Assembly (NCBI GenBank): GCA_965153355.1 | Contig: OZ231126.1 | Location: forward strand, 2,232,001 to 2,296,000 | Source of the DNA: Flaccisagitta enflata | Lineage: Eukaryota | Reading direction: 5' to 3' | Length of the DNA: 64,000 bases | Shown here: piece by piece, positions 1 through 13,610 of the stretch | How the letters are laid out: each line of letters begins with the position of its first letter | Numbering within the stretch: the first letter of the stretch is position 1 | Made by a program: the position numbers and the translations under genes | Notes under the pieces: model-generated | What the model was told of the DNA's origin: nothing | The model's database searches: none | What the model saw: only the letters and a program-made list of their open reading frames with translations

Positions 1-205
1 AAATGACCTAAAATGACTCAAAATCATCTTATTTGACTAAAAATGTCCTAATTGACTTAAAATCAGTTAGTAGGAAAAAAACGAATAAAAAAAGTAAAAA
101 GGGACCAACCGACCAACCGACCAACCAACCGACCGACCGACCGACCGACCGACCGACCGACCGACGAACAAAGCGGAGTGTAGAGTCGCATGCACGCGAC
201 TAAAA
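1..205 (+). mobile_element. 3' part of a DINE-1/Helentron-like non-autonomous element (family A); about 25 further full or partial copies across the window
   Basis: (AAATGACT)-type repeats, then a (GACC)n microsatellite, then the terminal palindrome AGTCGCATGCACGCGACT followed by an A-run. The same module recurs at e.g. 1538-1838, 10308-10526, 38439-38582 and 59608-59790(-). Confidence 0.7.
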
Positions 206-836
206 ATAAGCTTTTACTTCCTTTGCAAAAGTATATAGTGTGACATATCAAACAAACTGGAAACTATCATCTGAGATCAAAATTGAATCTGCTGTCAAAA
301 TTATCAAAAAAAATTTATCAGAAAGAGTTATTGTAGAAAATATAGTAAAATAGTACAATTCTTTAAGATATCTAAAATTGCGCCCCAAAACAGGTTTTAT
401 TTTTTTTAGATATGTATTTTTTGCACCATCAGGGTCATGAAACCACTGAAGTTGGTGGCGATCATTTCGGGGCAACAAGCGTGAAGCTCCGGGCGACTGT
501 GTAATAAACATCCCTATATTTTTATGATTCTAAGCAAAGTGCACTTGTGATATCAAGGAGAGTGTTTAAGAAAAATCTACTAGCCAGATCTCATTTTAGC
601 ATACCTTAGTCTCCTGATAGTATACTGATTAGAACAAAAATGTAATAACATGATTACCGATAATTTCTGGAATCAAAAAGCATGTCTTGTTGAGGTTTTT
701 TTACCTTCTACTAAGTAACGGTTTTGGTTCTGCAATCACATGTAAATAGTGGTTGTTGATTAAATGTCCATTAGCTTGTACCTAAATGACTAAAAGCAAA
801 AAAATTGGCATTCTACGAGCAGTTCATGCTGTGGGG

Positions 837-1333
837 CTGTCTTGGACTCCTGACGAGATCCATTTTGCTATTCAAATCCTACATTAAGCTTTCCGCGCCT
901 CACCCTTGGTTAAACCTACCTCTATGGGAAACCAAAAATTTGTGCTTAAATCTTTGTTTTGACTGCAGGTTTGAAATCTGCAGAAAAAACTGTTAATTGA
1001 AAGTGTTTTCCTTTTTTCATTATTCCAACTAGAAGGTGTTCAAAATAAGCATCAAAGTTCGCAAAACTTACCTTTCTCTTTTATTTATATGTAAAATCGC
1101 CGAACTTACCTTTTTTTCATAACTTCAAGCTGAATTTTGACTATGATCCCAAAGGAATTTTGAAAAAAGAAAAGCACTACCAATTATCAGTTTTTTCATG
1201 CAGATTTCAAATATGCAGTCAAAAATAGGATTTGAGTAACTTTAATTTTTTGGTTTCCTATAGGCTTAAGGAAAGTTCAAGGAATGGCGCGGACAGAAAG
1301 ATGCAAATTGATGTCATTAGAAGCCCAAGACAG
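837..1333. mobile_element. Foldback MITE with long imperfect inverted arms
   Basis: CTGTCTTGG (837) / CCAAGACAG (1325-1333); internal arms ~900-995 and ~1187-1290 are reverse complements. Related sequence at 10119-10860 and ~23380. Confidence 0.55.
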
Positions 1334-1537
1334 AAGATTTCTGATTTTATTGTTTATTGTCATTTTGGTACAGGCTTATGTCCATTTTTGGTGACTTCAA
1401 CCCAAAAGAGTACTATCAAGAAGAAAAGTTTGGAAACACTCAGGGTTTGTAGTACGTTTTCCCCCTTATACATTCAAAACTCATATACCTGATTGTTTTT
1501 GGTAATTTTTATATTCATACTAACTAGAACAAAGGAG

Positions 1538-1838
1538 AACAAGGCCAACACCTATAAGTCGCGTGCGAGACTCACGAATTGACTTAGAATGACTTAGAGT
1601 GACTTAGAATGACTTAGTTTACCCTAAAAATGACTTAGAGACTAAATGACTTAAAGACTAAATGACTAAATGACTAAATGACTAAATGACTTAAAGACTA
1701 AATGACTTAATGACTAAAAATGACTTAAAGAAATAAAATTGATAAAAAAAGTAAAATGGGGACCAACCAACCGACCGACCGACCGACCGACCGACCGACG
1801 GACAAAGTGGAGTGTAGAGTTGCATGCACGCGACTAAA
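1538..1838 (+). mobile_element. Family A DINE/HINE-like element, complete copy
   Basis: AACAAGGCC start, GTCGCGTGC subterminal repeat, (AATGACTTA)n core, (GACC)n, terminal hairpin plus A-run. Confidence 0.7.
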
Positions 1839-1892
1839 CACAATCTGCAATCAAATTAAGTAACCGTAAGTTTGTTTTTTTTATCACAACTA

Positions 1893-2882
1893 CAGGGTTT
1901 TTCACGCCAAAACGCCGATTACAAAACGGCGTTTCTCAGCTCCTAGACATGCTTATTGATTTCTGAAAAATGATCTAAACCGCTCTTGAGCTCTGATTTT
2001 GTTATCTGAAACTGTGATGGTGTCATTCCAAGTAACTAACCAATCATAGAGAAGTGAATAAGTTCTCGAAATTTGGCTTAAAGCCAAAGAGTCAATTCCA
2101 AGGATAGAATTGGTTCAGTCCTAAGCCATTTCAGAACGCATAAGGCAATAATTAGGTTACCAGACTTAAGTCAAAGAACCCAAAATGATATGAATCAATC
2201 ACCGTTTGAAGGTCAATCACCATTTATAGAAAAAGTTAGCTGCCAAAAAAAAAAACAAAAAAAAAACAAAAAACAACAGAAATGCGTAACATTCTGCATT
2301 TGAAATTGAACTGTTCAAAGATAATGTTTTACACTGCATTTACCCTCCTGTTGGTCTTTATTTGTTCCAAGAGTAAGCTCGTTGGTCGGACTATTGGTTG
2401 GTAAAGCCTACAGTTGGTAACCTAGGCCTAATCATTTTTGATGGCCCCGGATTAAGTGGATTGTTATATGGCACTTCTCCATCAACTCACAGGGCCCACT
2501 CTTACTGGCAAGTAGCTTCATCTTTGATGGAGTTCTGCTTCTTAACGAAATGAGCTACTGGCTCTAGATTGGTCTATTTTTGAAGAGGTAAGACAGCCCT
2601 TGGAAATGGGACCAATTTGTGGTCCGTGGCTTTATCAATTAAGAAGCAGCACACCTTCAAAGTTGATGCTTTTTCCTCATTTCTCTGAAATGGCAACAGA
2701 AAAATCGAGTTTTTTTTAAATGGTCTCTAAATGGTGACTGTCTTGGTAATTGATCCAAGACAAAGCCAACACACAAAATCGGAGCTCATAAGCTATCCAT
2801 ATCCTGTTTTGGAATTTAATTATCATCACTAGAGGCTGAGAAATGTCGTTTTGTAATTGGCATGTTGGCGTGAAAAACCCTG
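1893..2882. mobile_element. Tc1/mariner-type non-autonomous element (TA TSD)
   Basis: TA|CAGGGTTTTTCACGCCAA ... TTGGCGTGAAAAACCCTG|TA; imperfect TIR extends ~55 bp. Confidence 0.8.
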
Positions 2883-3004
2883 TATGAGTTGGTTGTGGTA
2901 AAATTGGTATATTTTGGTCATTTTGGCTGCAAAATTGGGTTACTTCCGTTTCCAAATCTTACTAAAAATCCATGAGATCATAAAACTACAGCTCAAGAGC
3001 TAAC

Positions 3005-4752
3005 CAGTTGAGGTGTTCAAGAAAAGCCGAATTTGGTTGGATCATCGATGGCGGAAGTTTGGGCACGGTATTGTGTTTGTACAACATGGAAACAGCCTCA
3101 GAAGCCTTTTGGGAGTCGCCCAGAGACTACAAAAACTCATTAAAGTTGACATATCCAGCCTCAAAATGAGCAAAATCAACCTACCACCCTCAAATTTAAA
3201 AATTTCAAATTTTCAACAAATTTTGGACACTAAGCACCTTTTTTGGGCTTGTTGGATAGAAAAAACATGTTTGCAGGTGGCCATGTAGGTGGGTGGGAGG
3301 GGCGCCCCATGGGGGTACCGCAGCGGCATCAATTTGGACAAATTGCAGGGCCTGATGGAGGTGGTTGTAAAAAATGACTAAAATGGCCACTATTGATTTT
3401 AGGGCCAGGATTTATCTCAACATATCCTATTCTGCTCAAAAAATGATATTTCTTTCAATTTTTGACCAGAAATTGCTAAATTACAGTCCTACCCGTTGTT
3501 ATGAGTTTAGGTCCCTGACACCATCAACTTCGATTGCTTATAGCTTCTAAACGAAAAAAGTTGGAAAAACGCAGTTGGCGGCATCTTAAAGGGCTGAAAA
3601 AATCCTTTCAGAACAGCACAAAATTTGTCCCAAATGGTTATAAACAGCGGTACAGTGATCTCTCAAAGTACAGCAAATTCTATTTTTTTAGCTCTTTCAC
3701 AACCATCAACTTTGATTGCTTATAGGTTCTGAACAAAGAAAGTGGGAAAAACGCCGTTGGCGGCATTTGAAAGAGCTAAAAAAAAACTTTCAGAACAGCA
3801 CAAATTTTGACCAAATTAGTTCATAAACAGTGGTACAGTGATCCCCTAAAGTACAGTAAAATTTGGTGTTTTAGTTCTTTCACCCCCATCAACTTTGATT
3901 GCTTGTAGCTCCTTAACGGAAAAAGTTAAATGAAGACGGTTTGCGGCATTTGAAAGTGCTGAAAAAATGCTTCCAGAATTGCATATATTTCATTGAATTT
4001 AATTGAAAAACAGCGATACAGTGATCTCTTAAAGTACAGTAAAATTTGTTGTTTTAGTTCTTTCACCCCCATCAACCTTGATTACTTCAATATGTGGTCA
4101 GTGATACCCGTTGCCTTGCTTTACATGATTTTGAGTGAGAGGAAGCAGGGCAGCTGCCCTGAAGGGGACAAAGTCCTGTAGAACACAGAGGGACTTTCTT
4201 TCATCCATCCCCTAGACTCTCTCAGGCTTGAAATCTGCCCTCTCAGGCTGGAGATCTACCCTCTCAAGCCTGAAATCTGCCCTCTTTGCCTTTGAATCTT
4301 AGAGGGTAGATTTCAGGCCTAAGAGGATAGATTTCAGATCTGAGAGGGCAGATTTGAGGTTCCTAAGGGCAAAATTCAGGCCTGAGAGGGTAGATTTCAT
4401 GCTTCATAGGACAATTTCAAGGCCTGAGAGGGCAGATTTGAAGCCTGAGAGGGCAGATTTGAGGCCTAAGAGGGCAGATTTGAGGCCTGAGAGGGCCGAT
4501 TTCAGGCCTGAGAAAAAGGTGCTTAATGTCCAAATCTTGTAGAAAATTTAAAATCTTTAAGTTTGAGGGTGGTAAGTTGATTTTGCTCATTTTGAGGCTG
4601 GATATGTCAATTTTAATGACTTTTTGTAGTCTCTGGACAACTCCCACAAGGCTTCTGACGCTGTTTCCATGTTGTACAAACAAAATACCGTGCCCAAAAT
4701 TCCGCCATCGATGATCCGACCAAATATGGCTTTTCTTGTACACCTCAGCTAA
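3005..4752. repeat. ~240-bp inverted repeat pair (3005-3245 and 4513-4752) enclosing a tandem array and a family B insert
   Basis: ORF-track peptides 3013..3288(+) and 4417..4782(-) are near-identical, reflecting the inverted DNA copies. Confidence 0.85.
3520..4090. repeat. Tandem repeat, ~182-183-bp unit, ~3 copies
   Basis: CCATCAACTT(C/T)GATT anchor at ~3521, 3703, 3886 and 4069. Confidence 0.85.
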
Positions 4753-6338
4753 CCAGTCGTGCAATCCGCATATTTTTATCACTTTTTGAAAAAAAATGAG
4801 AGCAATTCAAAGTTGGAAAAGTAGGAGAAAAAAAGAAATCCTTTTTTTGTCATTTTTAAAAGTGCATGATCAACTTCAAACTTATGGCATTTCTGAACAG
4901 TTTGACGCAAAGAGAGGAGATTGCACTCAGATGGTAGATTTCTCGACAAAGATCAAAGGCTCATAAATTTTTTCTATTTATCTCAACGGGAAATTGAGAT
5001 AATCCTCTTTAAAGGTGTTTCCAAACATATTTCCTACATAGTATAGTAGATGTTGTCTGTACTTAGAAATATAGGGAAATTCATAGTAGGAAAACAAAAC
5101 AATCTAAGAAGCTGATATTTGGAATAAAAATTAACAAAATGATGTTTTATTGATTATGGGTATTGGTTGCTATGGAAACACATATCCATGTATACCCACT
5201 ACAATATCAATATCTTTAGAAATTTTTTGAGGGAACATCGCTTGAAATCAAATTTGCTACAACTTCTCTGCAGTATGTTCTGTAACAAGGCCGGATACAC
5301 AGCCAATACCAGTTGTGGAGGGTGGGCAGGGGCGGAAATGCATGTTTTCACACTTTTTGACCCGTGCCCACGGACCAACGGCAGACCGACGGACCAATGG
5401 ACGGATGGACAAAGGCTCTTATAGAGTTGCGTGTCCGCAACTAAAAATAACGCGCGTTTGGTGGTTGCCAGGGAGCATCACACGGTTTTGAGGGTTTTTA
5501 GGGTTTTAAGGGATTTATGATTTGTATCCCGGCCTTGGATAAAGATGGACTCATATTGAAAAAAAGGCCGGATACACGGCTACCCCAGTCGCGTGCGGGT
5601 GGGCAGGGGCCATATTTGAGGTCACCAGACCATTTAGGCAAAACCCTTTGATTACCCCCCCCTTGTGTATCATTTTTTTATACAAGTTATTTTACCTTTC
5701 CATCCATTTTTACAAATTGATTTACTTCAGTACAATTTCTGATAATTCAAGTCATTTGTTCAAAATTCTGGACCTAGTTAAAGGTCATTCATATAATGTA
5801 TAATCGTCTGCGGTATACAAAAATGTCACCATGGATTATACATATAAGTTTTTTTAGAGTTAATGATGTCTTTTGAAGATCCAACATACATACTTAAGAA
5901 TTATCATTGTGAACTTTGGGAAATGGAATTTTGTTAGAAAAGAGTAAATAATCCAGATTAGATCGATTTCATATGGAATGTACATACCAAAAATTTTCTT
6001 GAATGAAGAATTGTTTTCTCAAATGGCCGAAAATTACATTGAAGTATGTCGCAGTTGACAATTTCTTTTCATTAACATAATGTATTCTAAAAACCTTTGA
6101 TTTTAAAACGATACAGTTTCCCACTTATTTTCTTGATAATGCCCACGAATTTGTCTGAAGTAAATTCAGCTTTGATACGATCATCAAAGGGCCTGTTTTA
6201 CATTCGTAAGTTCTGATTTTGCTGCCTTCCTCTAGTATAATTTTCATTCAAAACATTCTCTGTTAGTGAATATGAAGAAAGTGATCAAAAAGTGAAGTAA
6301 GATGGAAGAAGGAAGTCGATATCTTTCAGGGGTATTCA

Positions 6339-6724
6339 CAGTCTATGGACAAAACGAGGAGAGTAGATTTTGCTGATCACCGGTATGATGCTAAGAACTG
6401 AAAGAATTAATGGAAGAACAATTACTACCTGTAGTAATCGTTCAAAATGTAGGCTTGTAATTACCTCATAGAAAATGACTGAGGACTGAAAGAAACTATT
6501 GCAAGAACGTTAGTTTCTTTCAGTCCAAAGTAATTTTTTTCAAGGTAATTACAAACCTATATTTTGAACGATTACTACAGGTAGTAATTGTTCTTCCGTT
6601 GATTCTTTCAGTCTTTAGTAAATTTCTATGAGGTAATTACAAACCTACATTTTAAAATCAACTACGCCTAAGCATCATAACGGTGATCAGCAAAATCTAC
6701 TCTCCTCGTTTTGTCCATAGACTG
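6339..6724. mobile_element. Palindromic foldback MITE, CAGTC termini, 4-bp TSD TTCA
   Basis: TTCA|CAGTCTATGGACAAAACGAGGAGAGTAG ... CTACTCTCCTCGTTTTGTCCATAGACTG|TTCA; the interior is also self-complementary. Confidence 0.9.
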
Positions 6725-7267
6725 TTCACCTAGAATCTTTTTCACTTTTTATTTAATAGAAGAAAAAAAACAAAACAAAACAAAGAAAATTTTTAACTTC
6801 ATAAAATATGTAGGGTAACACCCTTATTTAGCCTCTCCCACCGGCACTGGGTTTTATTCATGACCCGATTATGACAAAAAAGAAAAAAAAAGAAGAAAGA
6901 AACAAAAAAAATAAATAAAAAAAAATAAGAATAAAAAAAAAACAACAAAAAAACAACAAAAAAAACCCAAACTAACATTAAGGTATTATCAATTCTAACC
7001 TCCAAGCTGTGAATATGTAGCATAATTCCCCATATGTAGCAAGGAGAGGTGAAGTTTTTTGTCCATTTTTTACAGTGACGCAGCATGTAAATATTTGTCA
7101 GGGAAGTAGATCTGATGGTGTTTTGGTTTGTATTTTTAAGTGCGACAAAGCACCTCTATAACTGGCTGTGACCGTCAGTTGCTTGGTCAGTTGGTAGGTC
7201 GGTCGGGTAACGCTTTTGTTTGACAATCCACACGTCGCACCTTATTGGCCTACTTGGCCTTGTGAGA

Positions 7268-8502
7268 TAGTCCGCTAGCGAAATTGGGGGTTTTCATCAA
7301 CGGGGAATGAACGCACATTGACGAACAATGCCATACAGCTGTTCATGAACGAGTAAAAAAAGGCACTGGGCAAACAATTTTGTACATGGAGGGGCCAAAA
7401 AAACATGTTCAGGAACGACCGTTCATGTAGGGGTGAAAAATGTTGTTGCTGAGCAGGTAAAAAAAGGAGTGGGTTTTTTTACCTGTTGATGAACGATGCT
7501 ATGTTGCTGTTCGTGAACAGCAAAAAGAAGTCTAGACATGAACAAGATTGGCGCCAAATGGAAAAAACATTCAAAGGGCTTTCAAATTCTAAGATTTTAA
7601 CTACTTATCTTAAGATTCATTAGTAATACTATCCATTTAAAATTACATCTTTTTAGTCGCGTGCTACGCGACTCTACACCCCGCTTTGTCGGTCCGTCCG
7701 TCGGTCCGTCCGTCGGTCCGTCCGTCCATCGGTCTGTCCGTCCGTCACACTTTACTTTTTTGGGGGTTTTGCGGTTTTTAGCCTCACTGCTTCTGCCCAA
7801 ATGATGGAGTGACCTCAATTATGGCCCCTGCCCACCCGCACGCGACTGGGGTAGCCGTGTATCTGGCCTTGTTTTTTATCTGCGTGGTAGATCATAAGTT
7901 TCATATTTTTTTTCTCTTTATGTTTCCTTTTCATTTTTTTCTCAAAAAGCAATCTTTATTCAAATGCATTTAAGATATTGTTTATGAACAGTTTATTTCT
8001 ATATGGACACACAGTCTTTCATGAACAGCTAAAAAAACCCACTCCACCAACAAGTTTTTTTTCCTGCAATTTTTTTTTTATTTTTTTTTCTAGATAAGTA
8101 ATCGATCATCAAATGCATTTTAATGATTGTTTATGATTTTTTTTCATTATTGTTCATCAATTGACAATATGGAGTCGTCCATGAACCCACTCCATCAACA
8201 ACTTTTTTTCCTCTAATTTTTTTTCAGCAATCGTTCATCAAATGTATTCAAATGATCGTTCATCAACATTACTATGCCATTGTTCATGAACATTCATATT
8301 GAGTTGTTCATGAACAGCATAAAAAACCCACTCCACCGACAATTTTTTTGGCCGTACATGAACGGGGTTTTTATGGCCCTCTATGAACAAAATCGTTGGC
8401 CAAGAGCCTCTTTTTACATGTTCATGAACAACTGTATGGCATTGTTCATCAACATGCGTTCATTCCCCGTTGCTGAATGTACCCAAATTCGCTGGCGGAC
8501 TA
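7268..8502. mobile_element. TIR element with TAG termini and >100-bp inverted arms, containing a family A insert (7650-7873)
   Basis: TAGTCCGCTAGCGAA ... TTCGCTGGCGGACTA; repeated GTTCATGAAC palindromes inside. No clear TSD. Confidence 0.75.
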
Positions 8503-8621
8503 CCTGGGCTTTGTTTTCTTACAAGGTAGTCATTCTCTAACAAACAGCGGCTTTTTTAACAAGGTTGTCATTCTTCAACAAACAGCGGCTTTTAGCGGCT
8601 CAAGTTTTCTGGCTGAAATAA

Positions 8622-9601
8622 CACCTGTTAAACAATTTTTGCACCTGCAGCACATGAAAAACATACCTTCAGTTGGCACAGTAAGATGAAATTTGAACTG
8701 AAGTAGCCTATGTATACCAGGATACTTCAGTTCAAATTTCATCTTACTATCCCAGTCTCGAGGCCCAAATTCGAGTCTCGAGGCCCAAATCCCAGTCTTG
8801 AGGCCCAAATCCCAGCCTCAAGACCCAAATCCTACCCTCAAGGCCTAAATTCTAGCCTGGAGGCCCAGATTTCAGCCGTGAAGCCCAAATCTCAGCCTCA
8901 AGGTCAAAATCACAGCCAAGAGGCCCAGATCCTGGCCTTGAGGCCCAAATCTCAGTCTCCAGGCTAGGATTTGGGCCTTGAGACTGGAATTTGGGCCTCA
9001 AGACTGGGATTTGAGGGGGAGGGATGGAGGAGGAGGAGGAGAAGGAGGAGAAAATCCCCCATATGTGTGAAGGCATAGGTTATCCACCCACCACATAATC
9101 TGAGGTGAGATTAAGACCCGGGGTATACTTGGGTATTTGGGCATGCTCGGGTATTGCTCGGGTATTGCTTGGGTATTGCTCGGGTATTGCTCGGGTATTG
9201 CTAGGGTATTACTTGGGTATTTCTTGGGTATGCTTGGGTACGCCCGGGTATTACTTTGGCATTGCTTTGGTATCGCTTGGGAATGCTCGGGTATTTGGTT
9301 ATGCTCGGGTATTGCTCGGGTATTGCTCGGGTATTGCCTGGGTATTGCTGGGGTATTGCTAGGGTATTTCTTGGGTATGCTTGGGTATGCTTGGGATTTG
9401 CTCGGGTATTAATCTCACATTTTTCTATTAGAGATTACCAGGTGCCACCCCTTCGGGGCCGCTGCCCTGCTCCCCCCTCAACTTCAACCACAAGGCATAA
9501 CCAACTTAGGCAGGGCACGAGTACCGCTGACCATCTAACGCTTTTGCGACTATTATGGCTTTACTCCATGTGCTGCAGGTGCAAAAATTGTTGAACAGGT
9601 G
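8622..9601. mobile_element. piggyBac-like MITE (ATAA/TTAA flanks) with nested family B element
   Basis: ATAA|CACCTGTTAAACAATTTTTGCACCTGCAGCACATG ... CATGTGCTGCAGGTGCAAAAATTGTTGAACAGGTG|TTAA. Confidence 0.65.
9106..9418. repeat. 10-bp tandem array (GGGTATTGCT)n bounded by short inverted termini
   Basis: GTGAGATTAAGACCCG ... CGGGTATTAATCTCAC flanks roughly 28 units. Confidence 0.8.
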
Positions 9602-10118
9602 TTAATCAGGGTTCGAACCGATGGAGATCTTCGCTTTTCCTCGCTAAAATATGACAGGTTACTTGTTTTGAACCTCGCAATAACGGTGGCCATGAGACAG
9701 ATATATCTTTTTTGTTATAGGCAGAATTCTTTCATTACGATTGTAAGAGAAATCACCCCAACAGGCCAATAGTGGCGTGCTCGGTTTGCCATTTACACAC
9801 TAGCTTGGACCCTAAAAGATTAAATATTGTCAGAGCCTTTATGTTCAAGAGATGAGTGCGGCGCCAATTTCCCGTCATCTGATGACCTCCTAATTTTCAT
9901 TTGGTGCATTGTACCATGGTATGGTGCACGCATCTCCTGAACCTGAAGGCTCTGACAAGTTTTTGTTTCTAAGCTTCGAGCTATAACACACATGCTCTTT
10001 TTATCTTACCTCCCTTCCTCTCTTCTTGCCTTCCATCCATCCCCTCCAATCCTTCCTTCTTTCCTATCTTCTTCCCTACCTTATTTCCTTCCCTCCCTAT
10101 ATCCTTCCTCCCATCCTT

Positions 10119-10860
10119 ACCTTACCGCAACTTACCCTCTGTTGGACAAAACCCTATACAAAACCCAAAACTTCAAAGTGATTTAGTCTCAATTTTGACA
10201 ACAGATTTGAAATCTACAGAAAAAACTAAATAAATGAAAGTGCTTTCCTTTTTTTTTGATATTCCAAGGAGAAGGTGCTCAAATAAAGCATTGAAGTTTG
10301 CAAAAAAACAAGGCCGGATACACGGCTACCTCAGTCGCGTGCGGGTGGGCAGGAGCCATAATTGAGGTCAATGCATCATTTGGGCAGGAGCAGTGAGGCC
10401 AGGGACCGCAAAAACCAAAAAAAAGTAAAGTGTGACCGATTGACGGATGGACCGACGGACGGACGGACCAACGGACGAACGGACCGACAAAGCGGGGTGT
10501 AGAGTCGCGTAGCACGCGACTAAAAACCTACCCTTTTTAGTTGCGGACACGCAACTCTATAAGAGGCTTTGTCCGTCCGTCGGTCCGTCGGTCCGTGGTG
10601 ATCGAGTTGGAAAGTGTGAAAACGCGTAATTCCGCCCCTGCCCACCCGTCCGCAACTGGTATTGGCCGTGTATCCGGCCTTGTTATTTATGTATAAGATA
10701 GTTAGGCTTACCTTTTTTTTAATGTTTGCGATTAATTTTGAAAATGTTGAAAAATGTTGAAAAAGTCTAGCGGTCAAAATTGAAATTTGACCACTTTGAA
10801 ATTCTTGATTTTCTTTAGGGGTATGTCCAACAGATGTTAGAGGGTAAGTTGCGGTAAGGT
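10119..10860. mobile_element. MITE with two tail-to-tail family A inserts (10308-10526 +, 10534-10684 -)
   Basis: ACCTTACCGCAACTTACCCTC ... GAGGGTAAGTTGCGGTAAGGT inverted termini. Confidence 0.7.
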
Positions 10861-11192
10861 GAATGAACAATTTAGAAGTTGAAATTGATGTCAACAGATA
10901 TCCAAGACACCACTATAACATGAACTGGTCGGGGAATTCCACTATTCTTGCTTTTTGTTATTTAGATATAAGCTAATACTGAACTTAGACCAGAATTTCC
11001 ATCGCTATAGGATCCGTTATTGCCACATCGACTGTATTTTGCTTTCTGCTTTGTGGTTTGTGCCTAAATTCAAAATTTGATGAGGATACAAATTGCAAAC
11101 TGATCAGAACTTTTCAACCTCTTGTTTACCATGAGATGTTGGAGTAAAATGTACATAAACTGTAATTTTTTTGGTTGCATTTCTCTCTTTTA

Positions 11193-11603
11193 CTACTCGA
11201 CTAAAAAAAAAAGCCGCACCCTATTTTGAGTTGATGTATAAGAAAAAAGAATTATTTGAAAATTTTTCTGTTAAAGTGATTTGAAAGATTTTTGAATTTT
11301 CTTTCAACCTAGACCAATCCCAGATCTGTATCTCAAATGGTTTAGGAGCTAGAGCTCTGCAAAGAAAAGCACTATTTTGCTAAAATGCACTTTTTTCATA
11401 GGGATTGCGAAACTGAAATAGGCAACATTTCTATTCAAACTAATGCCATTTCTAAACGAAAAAACATAGCAATACCAGATTGGCGCCAAATGAAAGATCT
11501 TTTCAAGAGCTTTCTAATGGTTTAAGATTTTGATTAGTTTTTTTTGAAATTTAGTATGAGAATTTGTCATTTAAAAGTGCGGCTTTTTTATTGAGTCGAG
11601 TAG
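11193..11603. mobile_element. Tc1/mariner-type MITE (TA TSD)
   Basis: TA|CTACTCGACT..AAAAAAGCCGCAC ... GTGCGGCTTTTTT..AGTCGAGTAG|TA. Confidence 0.8.
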
Positions 11604-12196
11604 TATTGGGCAACAAATAATTCTAGGATTCAATTTCTAGGCAGATGATGCACCTTTGTCGATTTAAAAAATTCAAAAAAGAGGTTAACCTTTTTCCACT
11701 GACTGAGTAAGCTGCAGTGGAGTCTGAACACATGGTTATTTCGGAGATATTTAACCCTAAGTAGCTCTGAGGCAACCTCAAGCAGCCATAAGACAACCCC
11801 GAGGCAACCTCGAACAACCGTGAACAACCCAGAGCAACCCTGGGGCAATCTCGCACAAGCCCAAGCCACCTGCAGGAAACCCAGAGCAACCCCCACGGAT
11901 TGATCTTACTGATAGTGAGTCACTATTTTACACCACCGGTTATTAGAAAATCACAAATCAATAACTTAAAGTGCTTTAATGTTTGAGCTTTAAAAATTGA
12001 AATTCTATCATGCAAAAGTGCACCTCTGTCTTTGGAATTGCAACACTAGATCTGGTGATGGTTTTATTCTATCCCATGCGATTTTCTAGCAAAAAGAAAG
12101 AATGAATTGGCAGCATTTACATGTATTTTCCAAGAGTAATAAAATGTCTCTGTTGAAAATGTCTTGAATCAAGCTGCCAGTTTTTTTTGTTATGTA

Positions 12197-12586
12197 CAGC
12201 TAAATCCCGCTCTTACTGAATTCATGGTACTTCAAAATCGTATCTGTTATAAGGGGAATTCTGTTAAAGTCAATATAGGAAAACAATGCCGATTCCTTAC
12301 AAGTCGCGTGCGGTTGTTAAGACCAAACGACTAATGGACTAAGAGACTACATGTAAATTGACTTATAATAACTCAAAATAACTTAAAATGACTTAAAATG
12401 ACGTAAAACAACGAAAAAAAGCTAACGGCCACAGACGGACTGACCAACAGACCGACCGACCGACATAGCAGCTCATAGAGTCGCGTGCACGCGACTAAAA
12501 AGAGAAAAGATGAGAGGACTAAGAATTTGCATTCATTATGGGCAGAATACTGTTAGTGGCGAGTCCTAAAGAGTGGGATTCAACTG
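12197..12586. mobile_element. pogo/Tigger-like MITE split by a family A element (~12290-12500)
   Basis: TA|CAGCTAAATCCCGCTC ... GAGTGGGATTCAACTG|TA; same family as 24157, 38173 and 59998. Confidence 0.7.
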
Positions 12587-13477
12587 TATACTGCTTTTTA
12601 TCATCGGTTGTACTTTTATTGCTTTGCTCCGTTCCTAACCATTGATCATAGTAAACCTAACATAATTTTCTGACTTTTATTCATTACCGTTAATGATGAA
12701 GATTCAAGATGGGCAAGAACTACTTAAAAGGTAGCTAGATCATGGTTTTAAATGAATGAAAAATTCCATATTTCACATAGAATACGTGACCAACAGCAGT
12801 TGGTGGAACGAGAATTGATGGACAGGGTAGATCTCAGTAGGCATTAGCTTGTTCATGGTAGAGATGCGGATGCAGAAAGTTGGAATTAAGTGGAAGCGTT
12901 AGGTTGAGCATGGATGTGGGAGCGGAAACAAAATTTTGGAATTAAGTGGAAGCAGAAAAGTTTTTTTGCTGCCTAATCAAAGCAGAAGCGGAGGGCGAAG
13001 CACAAAACTGAGCGCTTCCTCTTCTCCTTTGGCTCCCGCTTCCCTCTTCAGTTGACTCATGTTCAAATTGGAAATGATATTTCAGCAGTACTCCTTAAAG
13101 TACAATCTTTTTTTCAAAATGCCAATTTCAAAATTTTCTTATTGTAAATGTCAGAAAACCAATTGCAGAAGAAAATTATTTTAACGAAGACTCTTCTTAG
13201 GAAAGTCCGCCTATGGAGAACATTTTTAAGTTGCGGACACGCGACTCTGCACCTTGCCGTGTCGGTCGGTAGGTCTAATGACCTCAAAAACGGCCCCTGT
13301 TCACCTGCTCGTGTCTTGGGTAGCCGTTTATCTGGCACAAAAAAGAAACAGTGAGAAAGAAAGAATTGAAAGTAAAAAAGTGTTTATGCTAGTGTATATG
13401 TCTATTGGCACCATTCCAGTCTATATTTGAAATTTGCAATGGTGTAAGTTAGTGTTTGTGTGTCAGATCAAGCGCGA

Positions 13478-13610
<133 letters not shown>

